A DNA stretch of 64,000 nucleotides from Candidatus Aminicenantes bacterium (GTDB lineage: Bacteria > Acidobacteriota > Aminicenantia > Aminicenantales > Saccharicenantaceae), in assembly GCA_963736255.1 (NCBI GenBank), contig CAVTOI010000002.1:1038486-1102485 (forward strand), given 5' to 3'. The notes under the pieces are model-generated. The model was not told where the DNA came from. It was given only the letters and a program-made list of their open reading frames with translations, and ran no database searches. A program made the position numbers and the translations under genes. Shown one piece after another: positions 11,101 to 21,563 of this stretch. How positions within the stretch are numbered: position 1 is the stretch's first letter; every line of letters starts with the position of its first letter.

Positions 11101-12345
11101 ATGAACATGAGGCGTCCGATCCTGACGATCCTGGCGGTCTTGGCCGGCGCGGCCTTCGGGAACCCCCTCCCGGCGGGTCCGTCCCAGGAGGCGGTAAGCC
11201 CCTCCCCCCAGCCCGTCGAGGTCCGCGTCCACGTCTCGAGCGAAGGCCGTTTTGTCGATGACCTCTCTCTCAGTGATTTCGTCATCCTCGAGGCTGGGGC
11301 ATCGCGGCCGCTCGGCTCGCTGGCCCTCGTCAGGAACGGCCAAGTCGCCCGCCGGGAGGGGCCGGACTTCTCTCCTGTCCATTTCGACCGTTCCTATACG
11401 CTGCTCTTCCAGATGGTGGATTGGGACCCGACCATGGCCGGGGCCATCGACTATCTCTTTGGCTCCGTCCTCAAGTCGGGCGACTCGCTGACCATGATCA
11501 CCCCGTTCAAGCCCTACAATCTGCACAAAGAGGCCCTGGCCCAGAGGTCGAAGGCCGAGCTCTCGAAGAGCATGAAGGACGTCCTGCGCAAGGACATCCT
11601 GCGCGGCTCCGGCGAGTACCGGGCGCTCCTCGGCGACCTCCGGCGCCTGACCAGGGCCATCGCGGGCACGACGACGAACTTCCAGGAGGACATGGAATCC
11701 GACCTGACGACCGAAGCGGAAGGCGGCATGGGACTCGAGATGCAGATCGACCGCTACCGGCAGTCGCTCATGAAGCTCGAGGGTATCCGCCTCGTCGACG
11801 AAGCGAAGCTCCTGTCCTTCGCCGGCTCGCTCAAGTCCGTCTCTGGCCAGAAGACCGTCGTCCTTTTCTATCAGCGGGAGTACCGGCCCGAGATCAGCTC
11901 GGCGGCCATGAACAGGCTGATGAGCGATTATCAGGACAAGCCGGACATCCTGGGCAACCTGATGGACCTCTTCCAGTTCTACAAGCGTGAGAAGACCTTC
12001 CAGGCCGAAGCCGTCAAGAGGGCCTTCGCCGACGCCGGCATCGATTTCCACTTCATCTTCATGGAGAAGAAGAACCAGCGGGTCTTTGGAGCGACGATGC
12101 GGGAGCAGTCCGAGGACACATTCCCCGGCTTCGTCGAGATCGCCCGGGCCACCGGAGGGACGGTCGGCGTCTCCCAGAATCCCACGTCGGCGTTCAAGCA
12201 TGCCTCCGCAGTCTCAGCCGACTATTATCTGCTCTCCTTCATCCCCGAGGGTTCGTCGGCCGGCGGCGGCTTCCGGACGATCGATATCACCGTCAAGCGC
12301 GCGGATTGCCTGGTGACGAGCCCCCTGGGCTACTTCCCGAAATAG
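11101..12345 (+). CDS. Acidobacterial-type VWA-domain exported protein
   Basis: GGAGA RBS and signal peptide; GRFVDDLSLSDFVILE, KTVVLF, IARATGG, YYLLSF and FRTIDITV segments typical of VWFA-related acidobacterial proteins. Confidence 0.75.
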   Translation: MNMRRPILTILAVLAGAAFGNPLPAGPSQEAVSPSPQPVEVRVHVSSEGRFVDDLSLSDFVILEAGASRPLGSLALVRNGQVARREGPDFSPVHFDRSYTLLFQMVDWDPTMAGAIDYLFGSVLKSGDSLTMITPFKPYNLHKEALAQRSKAELSKSMKDVLRKDILRGSGEYRALLGDLRRLTRAIAGTTTNFQEDMESDLTTEAEGGMGLEMQIDRYRQSLMKLEGIRLVDEAKLLSFAGSLKSVSGQKTVVLFYQREYRPEISSAAMNRLMSDYQDKPDILGNLMDLFQFYKREKTFQAEAVKRAFADAGIDFHFIFMEKKNQRVFGATMREQSEDTFPGFVEIARATGGTVGVSQNPTSAFKHASAVSADYYLLSFIPEGSSAGGGFRTIDITVKRADCLVTSPLGYFPK

Positions 12346-12372
12346 GCGGCCCGGACCACCCCGGCCGCTTCC

Positions 12373-13638
12373 TCAGAGCTTCAGGAGAAGCCCGGCCCGC
12401 GTGAGCAGGGCCGTGAGGACAAGCACGATCCCCGTCATGACTGCCGCGTTGAGCATGCCGGCGATCCCGCCCGTCCCATAGAACGGCCAGAGCAGGCGGC
12501 CGATGTCGGTACCGAAGACGGCCCCCAGAAGGCCGGCCGCGCTGCCGATGAGCCCCGGCAGGAGGTAGGCCAAAAGAGGGTTCTTCCCTGCCGGGAGGAT
12601 GAATGTCGCGGCTCTCTTCCCCTTATAAACGTCCAGGCCGGCATAAAAAAGCAGGAAGGCGAGACAACAGAGGCCCGCCGTGGCCAGGCCATAGCTCTCG
12701 GTGCCGTGGATCTTGCTGAAGCCGTGGAGGGGCCTGAGGATATAGCCCGCCAGGACGAGTCCCGTCCCGAGCACGGCCAGGAAGCGTACGCGCTGGCGCG
12801 GCGTCGAGACGTCGGTCCCCGGCAGGAAGATCGTCCCGGCGAGCGTCCCGGCCGTGACGATGGCCGCGTGGGAGCCGAAGAGGCTGCCGATGTTGATGAA
12901 TTCGTTGACGGGGCCGAGAAAATCGAGCGCCCCGTGCCGGCTCCCGATGTAGAGGGCGGTCATCAGACCGATCGCGCCGGCCAGGACCGTCCTGTTGCCG
13001 CGGCAGGCCAGGAAGAGAAGGCTCGCCGCCATGTAGCACCAGCCGATCATGCCCAGGATCCCCCACCACGACGTTTGAAGCATCGTCACCCGGCCGTCCT
13101 CACCCTGGCCCCGAAAGACGAGAACGAGGACGACCAGGGCGATCGCCGCGGCGATCCTCAGACCGAGGAAGACGCGCTTTCTCTTTGCTGAGGCCCCTTT
13201 CGGCACGACGGCCCAGAGCCCGAATACGGCCAGCGTGGCCAGGAAGTACCAGAGATCCTTGCTCAAGCCGGTGGCCGCTGCTGAAAAGCGGTTCTCGTTG
13301 ACGAGGAGGACGCCCAGAAAAAGGAGGGCCAGCGTCCGCACGAGCACGTGCCCGACCAGCGCGGGGGCGGACCGGCCTTCGGAGCGCCTCTTCGCGAGGG
13401 CGAGCGGGATCGAGACGCCGACGATGAACAGGAAGCCGGGGAAGACGACATCGGTCAGGGTGAAGACGTTCTGGTCCGCTTCGGCGTGCCGGAGGATGAA
13501 GGGGATCGCCGCCATGCCGGCGATGTAATTGACGAAGACCATCGTCAGGATGTCGAAGCCGCGGAAGGCGTCGAGGCTGGTCAGCCGCTCCTTCACTGCG
13601 GACGGGGCGGCGCGCGAGACCGCGGGGTCCACCGTCAT
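12373..13638 (-). CDS. DUF5009 / HGSNAT-NagX-like membrane acyltransferase
   Basis: RLTSLDAFRG..MVFVN, TLTDVVFPGFLFIVG, WGILGMIGWCY, SKIHGT and GKNPLLAY motifs. Confidence 0.85.
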   Translation of the reverse strand: MTVDPAVSRAAPSAVKERLTSLDAFRGFDILTMVFVNYIAGMAAIPFILRHAEADQNVFTLTDVVFPGFLFIVGVSIPLALAKRRSEGRSAPALVGHVLVRTLALLFLGVLLVNENRFSAAATGLSKDLWYFLATLAVFGLWAVVPKGASAKRKRVFLGLRIAAAIALVVLVLVFRGQGEDGRVTMLQTSWWGILGMIGWCYMAASLLFLACRGNRTVLAGAIGLMTALYIGSRHGALDFLGPVNEFINIGSLFGSHAAIVTAGTLAGTIFLPGTDVSTPRQRVRFLAVLGTGLVLAGYILRPLHGFSKIHGTESYGLATAGLCCLAFLLFYAGLDVYKGKRAATFILPAGKNPLLAYLLPGLIGSAAGLLGAVFGTDIGRLLWPFYGTGGIAGMLNAAVMTGIVLVLTALLTRAGLLLKL

Positions 13639-14546
13639 TCGCAGCCTCCATCCCCCGCCACGGACCGGTCGGTCCCCCCGTCAAGGGCGGCGAGGACGCC
13701 CCGGACGTAGCCGGCGGATTCGGCCAGACCTGGGAGCGGATCGCGACCGTCCTTCTCGTACTCGAAAGCGGCCGTGCCGCGGTAGCCCATCGCCCGGAGC
13801 GTCCGCATCAGGCGCGGCAGGTCGATGACGCCCCGGCCGGCTTCGACGGCGACGCCGTCGGCGGTCGAAGCCGTGACATCCTTCAAATGGATGTCGAGGA
13901 GGCGCGGGCCGCAGCCGATCGCCTCAACGGACGGGTCGAGACCGGCGCGCGCGCAGTGACCGACGTCGAGGCAGACGCCGATCCGGGGATCGAGCTTCGG
14001 GATCCGGTCGAGGATCGACCGCGGGGTGGGGTAGCGGAGGTCGCCGGGCCCGTGGTTGTGGATGGCCAGCATGATGCCGGTTTCGCGCACTCTCTCTTCG
14101 GCCCGGCCGAGGAGGCCGTGGTCGGGGACGCCGATGATGATCCCCATGCCGCCGGTCCGGGCGTATGCGAAGGCACGGTCGACTTCGGCCTCGGTGCCCA
14201 TATAGATGACGCCGCAGCCGTAGGGGACGAGGCCGTGGGCCCTGACCTTGTCCACGACGGCCCGGATCTGCCCGTCCGGGCTGTCGAGAGGCAGATGCAT
14301 GTCCTTCAGGGCGATGCGGCCGAAGCCGAGCCGCCGGGCCATGGCCAGCGTCTCGTCGAGCCCGAATTCCCGGAATGAGTAGGAGGCCAGGCCGAGCTCG
14401 AACCGGGGCCCCGGGCCGGGCTGCGGCGTCTTCGCCCCGCGGCAGGACACCGCGGCGAACAAGGTTCCCAACGTCGCCGGGGCAAAAGAGCCCGCCGCCG
14501 CGGCCAGCGAAGCCCCAAGGAATCCCCGTCGCGTCGTGGTCCTCAT
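13635..14546 (-). CDS. Tat-exported sugar phosphate isomerase/epimerase (xylose-isomerase-like TIM barrel)
   Basis: TRRGFLG twin-arginine motif; metal ligands in AIHNHG, LDVGH, IHLKD and FEYE. Confidence 0.87.
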   Translation of the reverse strand: MRTTTRRGFLGASLAAAAGSFAPATLGTLFAAVSCRGAKTPQPGPGPRFELGLASYSFREFGLDETLAMARRLGFGRIALKDMHLPLDSPDGQIRAVVDKVRAHGLVPYGCGVIYMGTEAEVDRAFAYARTGGMGIIIGVPDHGLLGRAEERVRETGIMLAIHNHGPGDLRYPTPRSILDRIPKLDPRIGVCLDVGHCARAGLDPSVEAIGCGPRLLDIHLKDVTASTADGVAVEAGRGVIDLPRLMRTLRAMGYRGTAAFEYEKDGRDPLPGLAESAGYVRGVLAALDGGTDRSVAGDGGCE

Positions 14547-14687
14547 GCGGCCTTACTATAAACGGTTTCTCCGGGTCCGGTCAATTCCCCAATTCCTTGA
14601 CATCCCCTTCGTCCCTGCATTAGCATCGGGGCTGCGCCGGACGGCGGAATGCGGCGCCATCAAGACGACAAAGAAGAGGAGGTCCCG

Positions 14688-16253
14688 ATGGACGAACGAC
14701 ACGGATCCCGCGGCTGTCCGGGCTGCCCCCTGAGCCGGCGCCGTTTTATCACGGCCGCCTCGGCCGGTGCCCTGGGTGTCCTCGCCCCGGCCGGGCTCTT
14801 CCAGGCATGCGGGCGGGCGGAAAAGCTGCGGCTTCGCATCGTCTATGCGCTGCACGCCGTCGTCCAGCCCGGGCCCGATTGGCCCAACGTGGGCTTCGAT
14901 TTCCAGCCGGTCATGGACCGGACCACGGCGGCCCTGGTCAAGGCTTTTCCGGCTTGGGAGTTCACGACCGCCATGGCCAAGGGCCCGGAGGAAGCCCAGA
15001 AGATGCTGGCCGATGACGCGGCCTCGCGCGTCGACGGCTACATCGTCCTCCAGCTCAACTGCTGGAACCGGGTCGTCCAGACGATCGCGGGCTCGGGCAA
15101 GCCCACGCTCTACGTCGATTTCCAGTACGGCGGGAGCGGCGGCTTCCTCGTCTATACGGCCGACTTCCTGCGCAAGAAGACGGCCAACCTCGGCTTCGTC
15201 GCCTCGTCGCGTCCCGAGGACCTCGTCGCCGCCTGCCGCGCCTTCGGGCAAGTGAAGAAGGGCAAGACGGCGGACGATTTCGGGGCCCTCGTCGCCTCGG
15301 CCCGGCGCTCGGCGACGCCCGGCCCCGGCGATCTCGGCGTTGCGGCGGACGACCTCGCCGTCCTCTCGGCCGGCGATTGCCTGAAGAAGATGAGGGAATC
15401 GAAGATCCTGGCCGTCGGCGGCAGCTGGCCGGGGATCGCCCCGGCCGTCCAGGAGGGGATGGGCATCGAGGTCCTCAATGTGCCCTTCGCCGAGGTCAAT
15501 GAGGCCTGGGCGGCGGCCGACAAGGACGAGTCCAACGCGATCGCCGACCGCTGGCAAAAGACCGCGGCTAGGATCAACGGGGTCGATCGGGAGACCCTCG
15601 TCACCTCGGCGGCCATGTACCTCGGCCAGAAGGCGGTCTTGAAGGCCCACGGCGCGAACGCCATCACCATCAACTGCCTCGGCGGCTTCTACGGCGGCCA
15701 CATTCATGCTTATCCCTGTCTGGGTTTCCACGAGCTCTTGAACGAGGGCCTCGTCGGGGCCTGCGAATGCGACGTCCGGTCGACGGCGAGCATGGTGGCC
15801 ATGACGGCCATGACCGGAGGACGCCCCGGGTACATCTCCGACCCCGTCATCGACACCGCGGGGCGGCAGATCATCTACGCCCATTGCGTCGCTTCGAACC
15901 GTGCGTTCGGACCCGGCGGCCCGGCGAATCCTTTTGAGATCCTGACCCACTCTGAAGACCGCCAGGGGGCCTCGGTCCGGTCGATCCTGCCCGTGGGCTA
16001 CATGACCACGACGGTCGAGTTCTCCCCCGAGCGCAAGCTCATCCTCTTTCACCAGGGCAAGGCCGTGGCCAATTCCCCCGACGACAGGGCCTGCCGGACG
16101 AAGCTCGCCGTCGATCCCGTCGGCGACATCGAGAAGCTCTTCGGCGAGTGGGACTTGTGGGGCTGGCACCGGGTGACCGTCTACGGCGACCTCAAGAAGC
16201 CTGTCTTCGAGCTGGCCGATGCCCTCGGCTGGACGGTCCTCGAAGAGGCGTGA
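14688..16253 (+). CDS. Tat-exported L-fucose/L-arabinose isomerase-family protein
   Basis: Start MDERHG after GAGGAGG; SRRRFI Tat motif; ITINCL, YPCLGF, ACECD, SDP, YAHC, HSE, CRTK and WHRV motifs of FucI-like proteins. Confidence 0.78.
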   Translation: MDERHGSRGCPGCPLSRRRFITAASAGALGVLAPAGLFQACGRAEKLRLRIVYALHAVVQPGPDWPNVGFDFQPVMDRTTAALVKAFPAWEFTTAMAKGPEEAQKMLADDAASRVDGYIVLQLNCWNRVVQTIAGSGKPTLYVDFQYGGSGGFLVYTADFLRKKTANLGFVASSRPEDLVAACRAFGQVKKGKTADDFGALVASARRSATPGPGDLGVAADDLAVLSAGDCLKKMRESKILAVGGSWPGIAPAVQEGMGIEVLNVPFAEVNEAWAAADKDESNAIADRWQKTAARINGVDRETLVTSAAMYLGQKAVLKAHGANAITINCLGGFYGGHIHAYPCLGFHELLNEGLVGACECDVRSTASMVAMTAMTGGRPGYISDPVIDTAGRQIIYAHCVASNRAFGPGGPANPFEILTHSEDRQGASVRSILPVGYMTTTVEFSPERKLILFHQGKAVANSPDDRACRTKLAVDPVGDIEKLFGEWDLWGWHRVTVYGDLKKPVFELADALGWTVLEEA

Positions 16254-16362
16254 GAATCCGAGGAACGTTTCCGGAGGGAACGGTCCCTGGGTAACAATTG
16301 AACGTCCCCTCCAATTAGGCTAATATAAGCGGGGAATCGACCGCCGAAGAAAGGAACTCGCC

Positions 16363-17223
16363 ATGGCCGAGCCGTTCATCGAAGAAAAAACACGCAAAGT
16401 CGCCTTGCTCATCGACGGCGACAACGCCCAGCCCTCGCTCATCGGGCAGATCCTGACCGAGGCAGGCAAGTACGGCCTCGTGACGATCCGCCGCATCTAC
16501 GGCGACTGGACAACGGTCAATATGTCGGGCTGGAAGAACGCTCTCAACGACAACGCCATCCAGCCCATCCAGCAGTTCCGCTATACCATCGGCAAGAACG
16601 CCACCGACAGCGCCATGATCATCGACGCCATGGACATCCTTCACGGCCACCTGGTCGACGGCTTCTGTATCGTCTCGAGCGACAGCGATTACACCCGCCT
16701 CGCGACCCGGATCCGGGAGATGGGCTTCTTCGTCATGGGGGTCGGCAAGCGCTCGACGCCCAAGGCTTTCGTCAACGGCTGCAACATCTTCATCTATACC
16801 GAGAACCTCGTCCCCCGGGGCAGGGACCGCGAGGCGGGGCGGGAGCCGCGGCGCCGCGAGCGGGGCGGAGCGTCCCACCGCAAGAGCGGCGCCAAGGAGA
16901 CCCGGGAGCAGAAAGTCGAGCGCGAGGAACACGAAGATCGGGAGGACCGCGCCGACGCGGCCGCCAAGTTCGATCCCGTCCCCCTGCTCAAAGGCGCCTT
17001 CGACATGGCCGTCCACGAGGACGGCTGGGCCAATCTCGGCGAGATCGGCTTCTACCTGCGACAGCTCGATCCGGGTTTCGACCCGCGCACCTACGGCTTC
17101 AAGCAGCTGTCCCAGCTCATCAAGAGCCAGACGACCCTCTTCGACGTCCACTCGCGGGGCGAAGAGGGGGGCGGCGCCGCGATCTACATCCGTCTGCGTG
17201 AAAACGCGACCAGCGCCGGATAG
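16363..17223 (+). CDS. NYN (LabA/DUF88) domain protein with C-terminal OST-HTH/LOTUS domain
   Basis: VALLIDGDN, RRIYGDW, GKNATDSAMIIDAMD and SSDSDY motifs; PGFDPRTYGFKQLSQL LOTUS motif. Confidence 0.92.
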   Translation: MAEPFIEEKTRKVALLIDGDNAQPSLIGQILTEAGKYGLVTIRRIYGDWTTVNMSGWKNALNDNAIQPIQQFRYTIGKNATDSAMIIDAMDILHGHLVDGFCIVSSDSDYTRLATRIREMGFFVMGVGKRSTPKAFVNGCNIFIYTENLVPRGRDREAGREPRRRERGGASHRKSGAKETREQKVEREEHEDREDRADAAAKFDPVPLLKGAFDMAVHEDGWANLGEIGFYLRQLDPGFDPRTYGFKQLSQLIKSQTTLFDVHSRGEEGGGAAIYIRLRENATSAG

Positions 17224-17264
17224 CGCCCGGCGCTCGCCCCCTTTCCGTCGCAGGATAAGCTCGC

Positions 17265-17810
17265 CTATCCTCCTCGTTCTTCGCGGAGGACCACGCCGCG
17301 GCCGATAAAGGCGAAGCTGATCAAAACGAGGGCCGCCAGCCAGCCTCCCATCGTGAACGATCGCGGCAACAAAGCGGCCGTTCCGATCCCGCCCAGGACG
17401 AGCAGGCCCGCGAGAGCGCCGAACTGCCCCATGCCGTAGAGAAAAATGAACGGCAGATAATGGGCCCCGACGGTGATCATGGCGGCCGGATAGAACCAGT
17501 TCTCGCGGTAGAGCGTCGCGGCAGCCACGAGCAGGAAGGTGATCGGGACGGTAAAGGCGACCTGCGCGCCCAGCCGCCCCAGAGAATTCTCCGGGCTCAC
17601 CTTGGCTGGGCGGCCGAGCAGGCGAAGGACGATCTGGGTCAGGGGAAACAGAAACATGGAGGCAAGGAAGAGGAAGGCCATCCCCCGACGGTGAGGGCTC
17701 CATGTGCTGATGGCCGCCGAAAGCGCCCAGATCATCCCGGATAGAAGCTGGCCGGCGAATCCGCCCATGAAAGCGGACCGCATCTCGCGCTGCGCGACGG
17801 TGATATGCAT
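17265..17810 (-). CDS. Membrane protein, about 6 TM (DUF7010-like)
   Basis: Hydrophobic; WFYPAAMITVGAHYLPFIFLYG segment. Confidence 0.7.
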   Translation of the reverse strand: MHITVAQREMRSAFMGGFAGQLLSGMIWALSAAISTWSPHRRGMAFLFLASMFLFPLTQIVLRLLGRPAKVSPENSLGRLGAQVAFTVPITFLLVAAATLYRENWFYPAAMITVGAHYLPFIFLYGMGQFGALAGLLVLGGIGTAALLPRSFTMGGWLAALVLISFAFIGRGVVLREERGG

Positions 17811-17817
17811 GCTGGAG

Positions 17818-18072
17818 TTACCTCTTCGCCCCCCGCTTCAAGAAAGCGGTCAGCAGGAATCCGCCGCCGATCGCGAGCATCAGGATCCCCCAGATCAGGT
17901 TGAGGTTGATGCCGAGGGAGATCGCGTACATCTCCTTCTTGGTCGTCAGGCCGTAGACCGTGAGGAGAGCGCCATAGGCGCTGAGGAGCCAGCCGATCGG
18001 GAGCTTGAGGTCGAGGACATGGCCTTGGCTCATGCCCGTTTTCTGTTCCCCGGTTTCGATCTTATCGTTCAT
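17818..18072 (-). CDS. Small 2-TM protein downstream of the symporter
   Basis: LDLKLPIGWL..YG and GINLNLIWG; size and position typical of small membrane proteins that accompany SSS genes. Confidence 0.75.
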   Translation of the reverse strand: MNDKIETGEQKTGMSQGHVLDLKLPIGWLLSAYGALLTVYGLTTKKEMYAISLGINLNLIWGILMLAIGGGFLLTAFLKRGAKR

Positions 18073-18100
18073 GATGCGCTCCTTGGGGTCTCAGGCCCGA

Positions 18101-19720
18101 TCACCAGAAAATGACGTTGAGGATGACGGCCACGATAATGGCCAGCGTCCCCCAGACGGCCGGCCGGGCGTACCAGCGGGCCTCGGCCTTGGGCTTGGCC
18201 GTCAAGCCGAAGACGAGGCCGGCCAGCTCCTTGGGATCCCGCTTGGCGGTGAAAAGGCTGACCGCGATCGTGACGACGAAATCGGCCGACCAGGCCCAGA
18301 TGGCCTGATAGAAATTCGCGGCCATGTCGCTATGGTAGGTGAGGATCCCGGCCCGGTAGAGGATGTAATGTCCGGCCGCGGTCGCTATGCCCACGAGCAG
18401 GCCCCAGAAGCCTCCCCAAGCCGTGGCGCCCTTCCAGAACATGCCCAGCAGGAACGTGGCGAAGAGCGGGGCGTTGAAGAAGGAGAAGATGAGCTGCATG
18501 TAGTCCATCAGGTTCGGGAAGGACTGGACGATGTAGGCGGTCCCGACGCTGATGGCGATGCCGAAGACCGTGGCGTACTTCCCCATCCTCAGGTAGTGGG
18601 CGTCGGGCTTGCCTTTCTTGATGTAGGTGCCGTAGATGTCGTAGGTCCAGATGCAGTTGAATGCGGTGACGTTGCCGGCCATGCCCGACATGAAGCTGGC
18701 CAGGAGGGCCGTTATGGCCAGGCCCAAGAGGCCGTTGGGCAAATAATGCTTCATGAGGAGGATGAGGGCCGAGTTGTAATCGGCCGTGGGGAGGGCGGCC
18801 TGGCCGAACTCGGGCAGAACGAGCAGGGCGACCAGGCCGGGGATGACGACGATGATGGGGACGAGCATCTTCGGGAACGAGGCGATGATGGGAGTCATCC
18901 GGGCCGAGTTGATGTTCTTCGAAGCCAGGGCCCTCTGGACGACGAGGAAGTCGGTCGTCCAATAGCCGAAGGACAGGACGAAGCCGAGGCCCATGACCAC
19001 GCCGAACCAGTCGACGCCGAGAGGGTTGTTGCTGCTGCCCAGATACTTGATCGAGTGGAGGAGGGGCTCCTGGAGCTTGGCCATGAGCCCCTGGAAGCCG
19101 CCCACCTCCTTGAGCCCGAGGAAGACGATCGGCAGGAGGCCGAGCCAGATGAGGAAGAACTGGATGACCTCGTTGTAGATCGAAGAGGACAGGCCGCCCC
19201 AGAAGACATAGAGGAGGACGACGACGGCGGCGAAGAGGATGCTCCCGGTGAGCGACCAGCCGAGCATGAGCTTGAGGAGCAGGGCCATGGCATAGAGACT
19301 GATGCCGCTCATGAGGACCGTCATGATGGCGAAGGAGATGGCGTTGAGGCCTCGGGTCGCCTCGTTGTAGCGGAGCTTGAGGTACTCGGGAACGGTCCGG
19401 ACGCGGCTGCCGTAGTAGAACGGCATCATGAAGACGCCCAGGAAGACCATGGCCGGGATGGCCCCGATCCAGTAGAAATGGACCGTGGCGATGCCGTATT
19501 TGGCCGAGTTGGCCACCATGCCGATGACCTCGAGGGCGCCGAGGTTGGCCGAGAGGAAGGCCAGGCCGGTGATCCAGCCGGGGAGAGAGCGTCCCGAGAG
19601 GAAGAAGTCCTCGCCCGTCTTCATGTACTTCTTGAGCGAGTAGCCAACGAGGATCATGACCGAGATGTAGGCGCCGATGATGAGGTAATCGACGGCGTTC
19701 AGGGTGATGACAGGGGGCAT
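18101..19720 (-). CDS. Sodium:solute symporter (SSS), probably a sugar transporter
   Basis: EDFFLSGRSLP, ANLGALE, PEYLKLRY, YWTTDFLVVQRAL and ASFMSG motifs; promoter-like TTGACA-17-TATGCT upstream. Confidence 0.93.
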   Translation of the reverse strand: MPPVITLNAVDYLIIGAYISVMILVGYSLKKYMKTGEDFFLSGRSLPGWITGLAFLSANLGALEVIGMVANSAKYGIATVHFYWIGAIPAMVFLGVFMMPFYYGSRVRTVPEYLKLRYNEATRGLNAISFAIMTVLMSGISLYAMALLLKLMLGWSLTGSILFAAVVVLLYVFWGGLSSSIYNEVIQFFLIWLGLLPIVFLGLKEVGGFQGLMAKLQEPLLHSIKYLGSSNNPLGVDWFGVVMGLGFVLSFGYWTTDFLVVQRALASKNINSARMTPIIASFPKMLVPIIVVIPGLVALLVLPEFGQAALPTADYNSALILLMKHYLPNGLLGLAITALLASFMSGMAGNVTAFNCIWTYDIYGTYIKKGKPDAHYLRMGKYATVFGIAISVGTAYIVQSFPNLMDYMQLIFSFFNAPLFATFLLGMFWKGATAWGGFWGLLVGIATAAGHYILYRAGILTYHSDMAANFYQAIWAWSADFVVTIAVSLFTAKRDPKELAGLVFGLTAKPKAEARWYARPAVWGTLAIIVAVILNVIFW

Positions 19721-19902
19721 CGCGCTCTCCTTTCGTCAGGGACGACGGGGTCCATTTATTCCGCGAGGGAGCATAGTTCACGCCCCGGGCGATGTCAACG
19801 AAGATTGGGGCATGTTCCTGGAGACTCCGCGACGGAGCGTTTTGGGCGGCGCTGGGCCGCCCCTTGCCCCCGTGCCGTCGCGAGTCCTCTTTGGGGGCGG
19901 GA

Positions 19903-19933
19903 TGGGGACTTGTCCCTCCGGGACGTGTCCCCC
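19903..19933. repeat. Tandem GGGAC-Nn-GTCCC short palindromes (REP-like)
   Basis: GGGGACTTGTCCC followed by GGGACGTGTCCCC in the intergenic region. Confidence 0.5.
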
Positions 19934-19995
19934 CACCGGATTTGTTGTATATTGAGGCCGTCTGATCTCCGAGATGCCCGAAGGGGAAAGAGGCC

Positions 19996-21563
19996 ATGAG
20001 AAGCCGGAGCCGACCGATGACAAGGACTCTTTGGACGGCCGCAGCCGTCGTCATCCTGGCGCTGGCCGGATGTTCGGGAGCTGGTCCGGCGAAGATAGAG
20101 GCGCCCGAGGCCCCGGGGGGGGACAAGTCGCCAGGGTCGGTTCGGATATCTCCCATGGACAGGATCGAAGCCCTCGCGTCCAAGGCTGCGAGCGTCGTTC
20201 CGTCGGAACGGCAGCTCCGCTGGCAGGCGCTCGAGTTTCAGGCCTTCGTCCACTTCGGCATGAACACGTTCACCGACCGGGAGTGGGGCGAGGGAACCGA
20301 GGACCCGAAGCTCTTCGACCCGACTGATTTCGACGCGGACCAGTGGGTCGAGGCGGTCAAGGCCGCCGGCATCCGGGGCCTCATCGTCACGGCCAAGCAC
20401 CACGACGGCTTCTGCCTCTGGCCGAGCGAATTCACCGAGCACTCGGTCAAGAGCTCGCCGTGGAAGGACGGGAAGGGCGACGTCGTCGGAGAGGTCGCCG
20501 CCGCCTGCCGGAAGGGCGGACTCGCGTTCGGCGTCTATCTTTCGCCGTGGGACCGGCACGAGCCGACGCTACGGCGACTCGCCGCGCTACAACGAGCACT
20601 TCAAGAACCAGCTCCGCGAGCTTCTGACCCGGTACGGCGAGATCTCCGAGGTCTGGTTCGACGGCGCCTGCGGCGAAGGGCCGAACGGCAAGCGGCAGGT
20701 CTACGATTGGGCCGGATATTTCGCCCTCATCCGCGAGCTCCAGCCGGGCGCGGTCATCTCCATCATGGGGCCGGACGCCCGCTGGATCGGGAACGAGGCC
20801 GGTGTCACCCGGGAGAGCGAATGGAGCGTCATCCCCGTCGTCGGCTTCGACGACCTGCCCGACGAGAAGAACCCCGGCGGCATCGCCCATCTCGACGCCC
20901 AGGCCAAGGACCTCGGCTCCTCGGAGCGGATCGCCGCAGGTCGCCGATCAGGGCGGGCGGCTCATCTGGTATCCCGGCCAGGTCGACGTCTCCATCCGCC
21001 CCGGCTGGTTCTACCACGCGGCCGAGGATGACAAGGTCAAGACCCTCGACCAGCTCCTCGACATTTATTACACCTCGGTCGGCGGCAACGCGCAACTCCT
21101 CCTCAACATCCCGCCCGACAAGCGCGGCCGCATTCCCGAGAACGACGCCCGGCGGCTCAAGGAGCTCGGTGACAGGCTCCGGGCGACCTTTGCCGAGAAC
21201 CTGGCGGCGGGGACCGAGATGTTGAAAACCTCTTCGCTGAGGGATCGGCTCGACTGGTTCACCTGGGATCTCGGAAGCCCTGTCCGTTTCAACGTCGCTC
21301 AGCTGAAGGAAGACCTGAGGCTCGGCCAGCAAGTCGAGGCCTTCGCGTTCGATGTCTGGGACGGGAAGGATTGGGTCGAGAAAGCCCGCGGCACGACGAT
21401 CGGCTGGAAGAAGCACCTGCGTATTCCGACCGTCGAAACGACCAAGGTCCGGGTCCGCATCCTCCGGGCGAGGGGAGGAGTGGTGTTCATTCGACCGGAT
21501 TCATTCGGGCTCTATCTTGACCCGCTTGGCCTGCCGGTGAAGAAAGACGGGGTCAAACCTTAA
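19996..21563 (+). pseudogene. GH29 alpha-L-fucosidase lipoprotein interrupted by two +1 frameshifts (probably sequencing errors)
   Basis: LAGC lipobox; [32 protein letters not shown]. Shift near 20566-20569 to [23 protein letters not shown]; shift near 20936 to [25 protein letters not shown]. About 521 aa when repaired. Confidence 0.85.

Noticed and set aside
16363-17223. NYN-LOTUS gene as an anti-phage or toxin system
   Set aside because: Common stand-alone family; no partner genes, mobility markers or defence-island context.
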